From Desulfobacteraceae bacterium (GTDB lineage Bacteria > Desulfobacterota > Desulfobacteria > Desulfobacterales > Desulfosalsimonadaceae), in assembly GCA_011389935.1 (NCBI GenBank), contig JAABTJ010000010.1, positions 929-64,928 of the forward strand: a stretch of DNA of 64,000 nt, in the 5' to 3' direction. Below are positions 1 to 8,875 of this stretch, piece after piece. The stretch's first letter is position 1. Each line of letters starts with the position of its first letter. A program made the translations under genes and the position numbers. Under the pieces are notes generated by a model, which ran no database searches, was not told the DNA's origin, and worked only from the letters and a program-made list of their open reading frames with translations.

Positions 1-200
1 TTCAAGCGAGGGGTCTCGTCCGGGTCGAAAAAATTATTATACAGCGGCAGCGGTTTTTCAAGCCTGACGTTTCCTGACGCGTCATAGGCAAACGTCAGCT
101 TGATCAGCCCAAACGCCAACTGATCAACGGGCTGCGCCGGATTGATGCCCATGAAGATATCGAAGTCTTCTTTTGGAATGGTCGCTTTGGTTGCCGTCAT
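1..200 (-). CDS. Hypothetical protein, 5' fragment running off the window start; N-terminus resembles DUF2169
   Basis: ATG at 198-200 on the minus strand. Hand translation: MTATKATIPKEDFDIFMGINPAQPVDQLAFGLIKLTFAYDASGNVRLEKPLPLYNNFFDPDETPRL, with no stop before the window edge, so it is absent from the ORF track. The K-x-T-F...D-x-x-G pattern parallels the N-terminus of the DUF2169 protein at 1201-2262. Confidence 0.4.
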   Translation of the reverse strand, partial: MTATKATIPKEDFDIFMGINPAQPVDQLAFGLIKLTFAYDASGNVRLEKPLPLYNNFFDPDETPRL

Positions 201-257
201 ATATCTCTGTCCGGATGATACTGAAAAGGGTTTCAAAAACAATCGGGGCAACAAGGA

Positions 258-1181
258 TCAAAGGTCAGTAAAATTGCTCCAGGGAGTCTGGGAATCCGAT
301 GACCCGGCGCCGCCTTGAAAGCCGAAACCATGCGCTTCGGCGCCATGCTGCCCTTCACCGCTCACATCAATAACGCCTTCGCCTCCGACCCATGCGTTGC
401 CCAAACCAATCTTTATCTGAGGATTCCCGGTGCCGGTCAACGCCGTGATTCCCGCTCCGGCGAGGCCACTGATCGCATTTTTGAGCAGATTGTTGCCCTG
501 CGATTTTAAAAACTCTTTTCCGCTGGACCCAAACACCTCGCCAGCAATGGTTCTCATACCTTCTCTGCCGGCAATACGGTTAATTTGCTGGTTCGCATTT
601 CTTGTTACGCCCTTCAACGGATTCCAACTGCCTTTGGAAACCCTGTAAAAAATGAGATCCAGCGCCATGGAGACAGCAATGGAAAGTACTCCTGCCCAAA
701 TATCTCCAGCAGTCAAGCCCACACGAACCGTATTCAACGGACAAATCACCGAGTAACCAAAGGGAATACTAACCGGCTCGCAGCAGCACAGCATGACAAA
801 AGGCGGCCAAATCGTGGTGCAGCCCGTGGCTTTTCCGTCCATCTTCACCGTCGAGGCGCTGAACTTGACCTCCCTTTTGGAAAAGGGCCACATTGTAACA
901 TACCATAAATTGGAGGGGGGGATGGTCACGTCGGGGATAAGCGGGCCGATGTCGTGGCCTTCCTGCATAACGAAGACCCCTTTGTGGAAGACGCTATTTG
1001 TGAATTTGTTTTTCCCTAAAGCGAATCCAGCGGTCCACATCATGGTTGCGATCATTTCCACTCCAACCGTCACCACCGGAGCAGGCACTGCCGGAGGAGC
1101 CAGGAGCATATGCGTGCCCACCGTAATGGGCAGTGTGAAATCCCATATCACATTGACGGGACAAGTGGCTGCACTGGGCAT
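258..1181 (-). CDS. Candidate T6SS cargo effector (family not assignable): Cys-containing beta-rich N-terminal half, Gly-rich/hydrophobic C-terminal half
   Basis: 307-aa ORF lying 19 nt downstream of, and co-directional with, the DUF2169 adaptor gene in the vgrG-distal module. Hydrophobic segment GVLSIAVSMALDLIFY. Gly-rich stretch GLAGAGITALTGTGNPQIKIGLGNAWVGGEG. I recognise no catalytic motif. Confidence 0.6.
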   Translation of the reverse strand: MPSAATCPVNVIWDFTLPITVGTHMLLAPPAVPAPVVTVGVEMIATMMWTAGFALGKNKFTNSVFHKGVFVMQEGHDIGPLIPDVTIPPSNLWYVTMWPFSKREVKFSASTVKMDGKATGCTTIWPPFVMLCCCEPVSIPFGYSVICPLNTVRVGLTAGDIWAGVLSIAVSMALDLIFYRVSKGSWNPLKGVTRNANQQINRIAGREGMRTIAGEVFGSSGKEFLKSQGNNLLKNAISGLAGAGITALTGTGNPQIKIGLGNAWVGGEGVIDVSGEGQHGAEAHGFGFQGGAGSSDSQTPWSNFTDL

Positions 1182-1200
1182 AACTCTTCTATCCCATGGC

Positions 1201-2262
1201 TCAGTATTGATTCCATTCCCGGCAGGTCAGGCGAACGGTGCGCTCCGTGCCGGGTACGTATTCGTATGTAAAATTGAACCGGTAGACGATATAAAAACGC
1301 TTTTCTTCAGGAAGAAGGACCAGGGTGTCCGCACGGAGTTTGACCTCGACCCATTTTTCATTCAAAAGCAAATCCGCCCCGATCTCCCATCCGGGAACCG
1401 TAAACTGAAGGAGACCTTCCGGGGTAAGGCCTTCCAAGACCACATCCATGGCCGGGGTAAGCTGCAGATCCAGATCCAGGCTGGGATGGGCCCGGTGCCA
1501 CAGTTTTGATGTCGGGGCAATATCCGGCTTATTCGTCATTATGTCCGGGTCTTTCAGGTCCTGGTCGTTCAAGCCCATGGACCGGAAAGCATGGATGGCT
1601 GTAGACATGGGCACCGTGGCCCAATACGCCGGTGTCGGGGCATCCTCCGGGGAGGAAATGAGGTGGTCCGGGTCTTCGATATTGGGAAGGGGTCGTATTT
1701 CACTGAATCTCGGGTACCCTTCGGGCGTTTTGAACTGACTGGCGATGGAAGGGATCATGGCGGCAACGTTAAACCCTTTCCCGTCCGGGTTGCCGGGGTC
1801 CGCCAGGGTAATAAACGACCCCTGGTCGATTTCAACCTCGGCTTTACCGCCAAAGGCATTGGCATAGGTAATAGGCATTTTTTCAAAGGGTTCCGGATCG
1901 GTCATTTTTCCGTTGTGCCAGAAACGGTTTCCAAATACGGCCAGGGACCGTTTCACCGGACCGACCTGGACAGAAACCGTCGCCTGGGTTGCGGGTCGGC
2001 CGCCCGGCGGATAGGCGCACCCGAGGACAATGACATCCGTGTTTTTCCCCTTGGGCAGGTCGTCCCGGGGGAGAAGCCCAAGGAGGGTTTCCTCATCGTT
2101 CTGGAACATGGGGTATGGATCATCCGTATCCGGCGCACATTGACCGTCACTCCCAATCCGGAATGTCGCCTTGGCCGCCAGCACCCCCATCCGCCGATCA
2201 AATTCGGGCATCTCCCCGACACCAAGGCCGGCGGTCAAAAAGGTGGAATTCACCAGTTCCAT
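1201..2262 (-). CDS. DUF2169-family T6SS adaptor/chaperone protein
   Basis: 353 aa. The N-terminus MELVNSTF...AAKATFRIGSDG...LPKGKNTDVIVLGCAYPPGG...LAVFGNRFW matches the remembered DUF2169 consensus. Positioned downstream of vgrG. Confidence 0.85.
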   Translation of the reverse strand: MELVNSTFLTAGLGVGEMPEFDRRMGVLAAKATFRIGSDGQCAPDTDDPYPMFQNDEETLLGLLPRDDLPKGKNTDVIVLGCAYPPGGRPATQATVSVQVGPVKRSLAVFGNRFWHNGKMTDPEPFEKMPITYANAFGGKAEVEIDQGSFITLADPGNPDGKGFNVAAMIPSIASQFKTPEGYPRFSEIRPLPNIEDPDHLISSPEDAPTPAYWATVPMSTAIHAFRSMGLNDQDLKDPDIMTNKPDIAPTSKLWHRAHPSLDLDLQLTPAMDVVLEGLTPEGLLQFTVPGWEIGADLLLNEKWVEVKLRADTLVLLPEEKRFYIVYRFNFTYEYVPGTERTVRLTCREWNQY

Positions 2263-2271
2263 GCCGCTCCC

Positions 2272-2928
2272 TTAATTCAAATGAATCATCTCGCCCTGGA
2301 CATGGACATCGTCTTTGGCCTTCATGCGGATCTCGCCCCGCCTGGCCGCCATCTGTATGTCTTTGGCAGAAAAGCGCAAGCGCCCCTTGACTTCGATATT
2401 CAAATCGTCGTTTAACAGCCGGAGGACAGGCCCATGCTCCCCCTGTTCGATCTGTAGGACAGGATTGTCCCCGGAATCAACCACGTGAATGGCCTTGTTT
2501 TTTTCCAGCCGGATCGCCGGCCCGGGTTTGGGCGTGTGATCCTCCGCCCCGGCAAGCCCGTCCAGGATTCCGCAGACCAAAGGTTCGAACCAGTTTCCCG
2601 GCTGCTGGAGGAGTACGCGGTCGTGGCGCTGCGGCTTGACGTCCCGGATGCACGGCAGCCACTTCTCCTGCAGCTTTTTTGATGGGTCGGTCCACCGGAT
2701 GAGACATCGGCCCGAAAGTGAGGGGTGATGATTGTCCATGCACATGCCGATCAGTGTCGATGGTGCCCGGGTTTTATCGTATTCGGCGGCAATGGCCGAC
2801 ACCAGGGGTTGTTCATCAACGCCGCCCAACCCATTGGGTTCGCTTCCCGGGCCTTTGTCCATCTCATCACCGTCTTTTTCGACCCGGACGGTTCTGTCAT
2901 AAAGGGATTTAATCATATGGTGCTCCAT
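2272..2928 (-). CDS. VgrG-associated protein with spike-like beta-repeat C-terminus (family not assigned)
   Basis: 218-aa ORF starting 11 nt after the vgrG stop. The C-terminus IRLEKNKAIHVVD...LNIEVKGRLRFSAKDIQMAARRGEIRMKAKDDVHVQGEMIHLN has short alternating beta-strand repeats and ends like the VgrG needle (vgrG ends ...IDVTSSAVNLNS). Confidence 0.7.
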   Translation of the reverse strand: MEHHMIKSLYDRTVRVEKDGDEMDKGPGSEPNGLGGVDEQPLVSAIAAEYDKTRAPSTLIGMCMDNHHPSLSGRCLIRWTDPSKKLQEKWLPCIRDVKPQRHDRVLLQQPGNWFEPLVCGILDGLAGAEDHTPKPGPAIRLEKNKAIHVVDSGDNPVLQIEQGEHGPVLRLLNDDLNIEVKGRLRFSAKDIQMAARRGEIRMKAKDDVHVQGEMIHLN

Positions 2929-2938
2929 TTTAGATGGA

Positions 2939-4996
2939 TTATGAATTCAGATTAACGGCGCTGCTTGTTACATCAATGCTCCCCCCGGACACGGTGATAT
3001 TGCTTCCACCGGCCGCGATCCTCACCTCGCTGCTTGTCACCTGGACCTCGGCTCCGGCCGAGTAGAGCTTGGCCTGGCCGCCGTCAGTCAGCACATGATA
3101 ACCCCCATGATACATATGGGCGGAGCCGTCTTCCAGGCTCACGTGGCTGGAACCCCGCCAGGCATGAAGGGCACCGGTGCTCATGTGCAGGTTGTTGGTC
3201 CCGTCGGTGATTTGAATCAGGGAACCATTGTCATTGAGCACCACCTTCCTCCCCCCGGCGGATTCGAGCTGTACGGCGCCGGAAGGATCATGGAGGCTGA
3301 GATAATGGCCGCTGGTCGAATTCAGCCGCACTTCCTGAACCGCATCATCGAGCACAAGAAACCGGCCGTTCGGCGTGTAGGCATGGATCATCTGCTCCGT
3401 ATCGCAAAGCTTGATGCAGTATCCTGCGGGCGTACACAGGGTGATGGAGTTCCGCTGGTCCTCCATGATAATCCGGCAGTTGTTGTTCGTATTGATACGG
3501 ATAGAAGTCTGGCTGGAATCGTCGTCAAGGGTAAAGACATGGCCATACCGGGTACTGATGATATGCTGCGTCTGATTCTGGGAAGTCACGGGGCTGGCCG
3601 TGTCGGGATTGGGCACCGCGGAGGCAATGATCGGCCGGTCAGGATTTCCATCGATAAAGGTAAGCAGCACCTCGGCCCCCTTGTGCAGCGGAAGGTGCAT
3701 GCCGTATCCGGGACCTGTATGGGGCTGTGCCATGCGAACCCAGCGGGAGGCTTTGCCGCCGCTGTTGCCGCTCTGGTCAAAGGGGAGGATCACCTTGTAG
3801 CGTCCTTCTTCGTCGACTTCCGCGTACTGACCGTCGCCGGCCGCATCGACGGTCGCATTGATGCTGCCGTAAAATCTCGGCATGGCGGTGTTGCATTCCG
3901 GCCGGAACTGGACATCCGCGGGGATCAGAACCAACTGGTTGGTATAGCCCATTCGCCCCCCGCCATCGCCGGATGCCCCTTCCTCCCCGGTAAGAAACCG
4001 GGCGGAGCGCCCCTCATGGCTCACCTCGGTGACCAGGTACCGCTGGTTGCAAGAATCCCGGTAATGGTCCGTCAACTCGAAGATAAACCCGGGGCTGAGA
4101 TTGGCGGCCGTGCTCTCCCCGTAAAAAAGGCGCTCCCGGCACAGGAAGGCCTCGGCCCGGATCCGGGCCAGGGCGTTCCCCTGCTCCGGGGTCTTGAAAT
4201 GCTCGCCGTAAATATAGACCGTCCCCCTCCCCCCCCGTGCATCAACGTCTGCCTCTCCCCTCAGGTCCAGCGTCGGCCGCCGGTAATTATAGTCTTTCAG
4301 CAGTACCCGCATGGGAAGCACCTGGTGGCGGAAGGTAAACGCATGCACGCAATCCTCCTCTACCGGCGCCTGCCCCGACGGGGGGAGATAAGGGACGGCG
4401 GTGCGGCCGGCAACATCCTGGTGCGAGGTGGAGCTGTCGGTGATGATGACCTTGTCGCCGTCATCGGTTTGTTCAAAATAGTAATAAATGCCTTCCCTCT
4501 CCATCCACCGGGAGATAAAATGCAGATCCGTTTCCCTGAACTGGCAGATATACTCCCATGGCTCGTAGCTGCCTGTCAGGCGAAGATCATAGTCATTGCC
4601 GGTCAGGCCCGCCTGCTGCAATATTTCTTCAATGATATCCGGCACGCGTTTATCCAGGAACAACTGGTTTTCGTGGTAAAGGGATGCCTGCCAGAGCCGG
4701 GGGACCAATACAGCCCGGTAAAATACCGTTTCATCGACTTCCTGGAGCTGTTCGAACCGGGAGAGCATCCCGTAAAAGGGCATTTCGGCGTCTGCCTCGG
4801 AAATGGTAAATGCCGCGGGGTTCTGGAGAAGCAGCCGAAAATCAATTTCAGGGTCTTCTGATATCAGCGTAATATCGAACTCGTATAACCGGGACAGCCC
4901 CTCGATTCCTGTAAACCGGGCAACCGTAAACGTATCTGCCGGGTAGGCCCGGGATACGAACGTATACTCCTTTTGCGCCTGGTATCCAACTCTCAT
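2939..4996 (-). CDS. vgrG: T6SS spike protein VgrG (TssI)
   Basis: 685 aa. N-terminus FTGIEGLSRLYEFDITLIS and the gp27/gp5-like core ...RWVRMAQPHTGPGYGMHLPLHKGAEVLLTFIDGNPDRPII are classic VgrG sequences. Confidence 0.95.
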   Translation of the reverse strand: MRVGYQAQKEYTFVSRAYPADTFTVARFTGIEGLSRLYEFDITLISEDPEIDFRLLLQNPAAFTISEADAEMPFYGMLSRFEQLQEVDETVFYRAVLVPRLWQASLYHENQLFLDKRVPDIIEEILQQAGLTGNDYDLRLTGSYEPWEYICQFRETDLHFISRWMEREGIYYYFEQTDDGDKVIITDSSTSHQDVAGRTAVPYLPPSGQAPVEEDCVHAFTFRHQVLPMRVLLKDYNYRRPTLDLRGEADVDARGGRGTVYIYGEHFKTPEQGNALARIRAEAFLCRERLFYGESTAANLSPGFIFELTDHYRDSCNQRYLVTEVSHEGRSARFLTGEEGASGDGGGRMGYTNQLVLIPADVQFRPECNTAMPRFYGSINATVDAAGDGQYAEVDEEGRYKVILPFDQSGNSGGKASRWVRMAQPHTGPGYGMHLPLHKGAEVLLTFIDGNPDRPIIASAVPNPDTASPVTSQNQTQHIISTRYGHVFTLDDDSSQTSIRINTNNNCRIIMEDQRNSITLCTPAGYCIKLCDTEQMIHAYTPNGRFLVLDDAVQEVRLNSTSGHYLSLHDPSGAVQLESAGGRKVVLNDNGSLIQITDGTNNLHMSTGALHAWRGSSHVSLEDGSAHMYHGGYHVLTDGGQAKLYSAGAEVQVTSSEVRIAAGGSNITVSGGSIDVTSSAVNLNS

Positions 4997-7623
4997 TATT
5001 GACTCCCGTTAAAGCTGATATCAAACGATCCGTCTGCTGCGATGCCCAAATGCACCTGGGAGGGCATCTCGGCATCCCCCATTCGCGTCAGAATTTCATG
5101 GGACATGCGCGGCAGGATTGTCCCGGCCATGATGTAATCGATATTTCGGGCGCCGGTTTCCACCTCGGTGCACCGGTTGACGATCTGGGCGACGGCATCG
5201 TCCGAATAGGTCAATTTCATCTTGTGAGTATCGGCCATCCGCTTGACCAGCTTGTCCATTTTCAGGACGACAATATCCTTGAGAATATCCGCCGGCAGGG
5301 TTTTGTACGGAATGAGTTTCATCCGGGCCAGCAGGGCCGGTTTGAAATGATTGCTCAGCACCGGCCGGATCGCATCGGTGACGGTTTCAAGCGGGGGCAT
5401 CTCCTCGCCGGTGCACATCTCCGTAATGATATCGGTTGCCAGGTTGCTGGTCAAAAAAATGACCGTGTTTCGGAAATCGATGCTCCGTCCTTCGCCGTCG
5501 GACAGGCGCCCCTTGTCGAACACCTGATAAAAAAGGCTCATGACCTCAAGGTGCCCCTTTTCCACCTCGTCGATAAGGACGACGGAATATGGCCGCTGGC
5601 GAACGGCTTCCGTCAGAACGCCGCCTTCCCCGTAACCGACATATCCCGGGGGGGAGCCGATCAGGCGGCTGACCGTATGCTTCTCCTGGAACTCGCTCAT
5701 GTTAATGGTGACCATAAAGTTCTCGCCGCCGAACAGGAGTTCGGCAACGGCCAGGCCGGTTTCGGTTTTCCCCACCCCGCTGGGGCCGGCCAGCAAAAAC
5801 ACGCCCAGCGGCTGTGCCGGGTCCTTGATGCCGGCTTTTGCGGATTTGACCGTTTCGGCGATCATTTGCAGCGCCTCATCCTGCCCCTTGATTCTTTTCT
5901 TCAAGGAATCTTCAAGGGCAAGGAGGTTTCTGGCATCATCGCGCATTACCCTGCCCAGGGGGATCCCGGTCCAGTCTGACACCACCTGGCATACCACATC
6001 CGGATCGACCTCTATGGGAACCAGGGGATCCCCCTGGCGAAGGTCCTCAAGCACCCGCGCCCCCTGCTCTATCCGCCCGGCGATATCGCTTTTTTCGGCC
6101 TCGTCTGTGGCGGCATGCAAGGCTTGCCGCAGATCAATAATCTGGTGGGCCGCCTCCCGTTCACCCTGCCATTTTTCTTGTAACCGGGCCAATTCGTTCT
6201 GATGCGCTTCCAATGCCCCTGCAATGGATTCAAAACGGTCCTTGTCCACCGGCAGGCCGTGGTGCCGGTCCCGCTCGATTGCGTCAAGCTCCCTGGTAAG
6301 GTTCTGGATGCTGCGTTCCCTGTCCTCGATAATGCCGGGCTTTGCCGAAAGGAGCACCTTTACCCGGGCCGCGCTGGTATCGAGCAAGTCAACGGCCTTG
6401 TCCGGAAGCTGCCGACCGGTAATGTAGCGGTTGGAAAGCTCGGCAGCGGCCTGGACAGCATCATCCCTGACCACCACGCCGTGGGCCTGTTCGTATTTTT
6501 CCTTCAAGCCGCGCAGGATAAGCACCGCGATTTCCTCGGAGGGTTCATCGAGCTTGACCAGTTGAAATCGCCTGGCCAGGGCCGCATCTTTTTCAAAATA
6601 TTTCTTGTATTCCGACCAGGTGGTTGCGGCAACCGTGCGCAATTCCCCCCTGGCGAGCGCAGGCTTCAGAAGATTGGCCGCGTCACTGGTGCCGGCGGCC
6701 CCGCCCGAGCCGATGAGGGTATGGGCCTCGTCAATAAACAAGATGATCGGTTTCTCCGATGCCTTTACTTCATCGATAACCCCTTTCAAGCGGTTTTCAA
6801 ATTCCCCTTTCATGCCGGCCCCCGCCTGGAGAAGCCCCATGTCAAGCCCCAAAATGGAAACCTCCCGGAGCAATTCGGGAACGTCCCCTTCCACCACGCG
6901 AAGGGCGAGACCTTCCACTACGGCGGTTTTCCCCACACCCGCCTCCCCCACCACGATGGGATTATTCTTGCGCCGCCGGGCAAGGATATCCACCATCTGA
7001 CGGATTTCCCGGTCCCTGCCGAAAACCGGGTCAATCTCCCCGGCAGCCGCTTTGCCCGTAAAGTCGATGCAGAAACGGGACAACGCATCACCCGCAGCCG
7101 GCGCGCCTTCCGGCTGGTCAACGCGCACTTCCCCTTTCCTGGATGTTTCCACGGAATTTTTCGTGATATCCCAAAATGCGGCCATCAGGTTATCCCGGCT
7201 GATCGTGCCCAGCATTTCCGCACTGCTGCCGATTGAAAACTGGGCGGGCCGGTGCAGCAACGCCAGCACCAGTGCGCCGGAACGAATCCGCTGCTCTTCC
7301 AGGTTAATGGAAGCGACCAACCAGCCCTCTTGGAACCAGTCCAGCAGAACAGGCGAGAATACAGGCTTGGCGGCATTTCCGGTTTTAAGGGACTCAAGGG
7401 TCTGGTCCACCGCCTTTTTAAAACGCGACGGGTCAATTTCAAACTGCCGCAGGATCAGGGGGATATCCGATGACTGATTGTCATCGATCAGTCTGGCCAG
7501 CATATGTTCGACGGTCACTTCGTAATGGGTGCGGGATACGCAAAGCCCCGCAGCGGCTTCCAGGCTCCGGGTGCAGTATGCGTTTAAACGGCCCAGCAGC
7601 CCCTTGATATCAACGGTGATCAT
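4996..7623 (-). CDS. clpV: T6SS AAA+ ATPase ClpV (TssH)
   Basis: 875 aa. Clp N-domain plus two AAA+ modules, with Walker A motifs GEAGVGKTA and GPSGVGKTE. Embedded in the T6SS array. Confidence 0.95.
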   Translation of the reverse strand: MITVDIKGLLGRLNAYCTRSLEAAAGLCVSRTHYEVTVEHMLARLIDDNQSSDIPLILRQFEIDPSRFKKAVDQTLESLKTGNAAKPVFSPVLLDWFQEGWLVASINLEEQRIRSGALVLALLHRPAQFSIGSSAEMLGTISRDNLMAAFWDITKNSVETSRKGEVRVDQPEGAPAAGDALSRFCIDFTGKAAAGEIDPVFGRDREIRQMVDILARRRKNNPIVVGEAGVGKTAVVEGLALRVVEGDVPELLREVSILGLDMGLLQAGAGMKGEFENRLKGVIDEVKASEKPIILFIDEAHTLIGSGGAAGTSDAANLLKPALARGELRTVAATTWSEYKKYFEKDAALARRFQLVKLDEPSEEIAVLILRGLKEKYEQAHGVVVRDDAVQAAAELSNRYITGRQLPDKAVDLLDTSAARVKVLLSAKPGIIEDRERSIQNLTRELDAIERDRHHGLPVDKDRFESIAGALEAHQNELARLQEKWQGEREAAHQIIDLRQALHAATDEAEKSDIAGRIEQGARVLEDLRQGDPLVPIEVDPDVVCQVVSDWTGIPLGRVMRDDARNLLALEDSLKKRIKGQDEALQMIAETVKSAKAGIKDPAQPLGVFLLAGPSGVGKTETGLAVAELLFGGENFMVTINMSEFQEKHTVSRLIGSPPGYVGYGEGGVLTEAVRQRPYSVVLIDEVEKGHLEVMSLFYQVFDKGRLSDGEGRSIDFRNTVIFLTSNLATDIITEMCTGEEMPPLETVTDAIRPVLSNHFKPALLARMKLIPYKTLPADILKDIVVLKMDKLVKRMADTHKMKLTYSDDAVAQIVNRCTEVETGARNIDYIMAGTILPRMSHEILTRMGDAEMPSQVHLGIAADGSFDISFNGSQ

Positions 7624-7634
7624 ATGTTCCCCTC

Positions 7635-8663
7635 CTATGCGGCGAATGAATAGACCTTGCGCATTTCCCCGATGCGATCACTGGAAAAAACCCATGAGTT
7701 CAGCCCGAGACGGGCATGATCCGGTTCGCCAAGACAGACGGTTTTCGCTTCTCCTTCAGACAGGACGACTTCAATGTCATATTCCAGGCGCTCCAGGACA
7801 TAAAAATCCGTTAAAAAACGAACCATTTTGTAATTTTCGGCCTCGGGGTAAAAGCCTTGGTACGCTTCCGAGGAAAGCGGACCGATCCGGATAACAAACT
7901 TCCCCATGCGGTCCACTACCTCTTCGCCGATAATCGTGCTTTCACCTAAGCGATGATCCGGCGACCCCAAAAAAAGCCGCTGATCCCCGGGGATTTTTGC
8001 GCGCCTTTTTACGCAGGGGACAAGGCTTACGGGAACACCACCGAGGGCATCGTTCAAAACGGTTTCAAGCCCCATGGCGGAGCGGGGTTTTTGTATCAGC
8101 AGTCCGATATAGCGAATCAGTCGGTGGGGATCCGCAATCGCACCCCTGAGCGGGGCGTCCCCGATTCCCATCAGGCAGAAGATCCTTTCCAGGTGATGCC
8201 GGCTGCCGGCTTCTATGACCTGAAAAGACTGGCGATATTTGGTGCAGCAGTCGTAGAAAAGCTCATAGATACGCTGATTGATCACATCGATAAAATCCCT
8301 GCACACACTTTCATCTTCGGCGGCTTCATGCATCAGCTCTTCTGTATAGAAAGTGGGAAGGGGGGAAGAAATGCCGTAAAGCCCCAGAAAGTTCGCGGTG
8401 ATTTCATACCCCGAATGTTCCTGGCGATCCATTTCCCGGATCCGGTCAATGTCAGCCGGCGGAAACGCCAGTGACAAGGCCGGACGGATGCGGACCGGAT
8501 GGAGCAGTTCTCCGTTCGAATCCATCCGGCCTGCCTCGGTCCGCAGCAGCATTTTGAGAAGCCGCATTGCCTGAAAAAAACTGAAGGCACGGCTGTCCCT
8601 GAGAAGATCCGATTTCAGCATCGGACCGACGCCCGGGCCTGCTTTGGGTTCCTGTGGGGGCAT
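7635..8663 (-). CDS. tssG: T6SS baseplate subunit TssG
   Basis: 342 aa. N-terminal FSFFQAMRLL motif typical of TssG. Lies between tssF and clpV. Confidence 0.9.
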   Translation of the reverse strand: MPPQEPKAGPGVGPMLKSDLLRDSRAFSFFQAMRLLKMLLRTEAGRMDSNGELLHPVRIRPALSLAFPPADIDRIREMDRQEHSGYEITANFLGLYGISSPLPTFYTEELMHEAAEDESVCRDFIDVINQRIYELFYDCCTKYRQSFQVIEAGSRHHLERIFCLMGIGDAPLRGAIADPHRLIRYIGLLIQKPRSAMGLETVLNDALGGVPVSLVPCVKRRAKIPGDQRLFLGSPDHRLGESTIIGEEVVDRMGKFVIRIGPLSSEAYQGFYPEAENYKMVRFLTDFYVLERLEYDIEVVLSEGEAKTVCLGEPDHARLGLNSWVFSSDRIGEMRKVYSFAA

Positions 8664-8680
8664 AAAATGCGGCGCTCCAT

Positions 8681-8860
8681 TTGTTGACGGCTTCGTAAAA
8701 AGCCCAATATCTGCGTTGCGCCCAATCTTTCAATAATCTCACGTACGGCTAAGTACGCTCAATTCTTCAAAAATTGCACGCGCCTTGATCTTGAACTTTT
8801 TTCAAAGCCTTCTGATCAAGACTTTTTGCGATTCCATCATTTGTTGGTTTCACCAAAAGC
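8681..8860 (-). repeat. Copy A of a miniature IS110-related repeat, inserted between tssF and tssG
   Basis: The reverse complement of 8681-8795 aligns without gaps to 48550-48664, with about 9-10 mismatches in 115 nt by eye. Weaker similarity continues to about 8860, against 48505-48549. Confidence 0.8.
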
Positions 8861-8875
8861 GGAGATCTGCCGGAG

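Noticed and set aside
3095-4861. 588-aa plus-strand ORF
   Set aside because: It lies entirely antisense to vgrG, whose product has unmistakable VgrG motifs. The translation is Gly/Arg/Pro/His-rich low-complexity sequence typical of shadow ORFs in GC-rich DNA.
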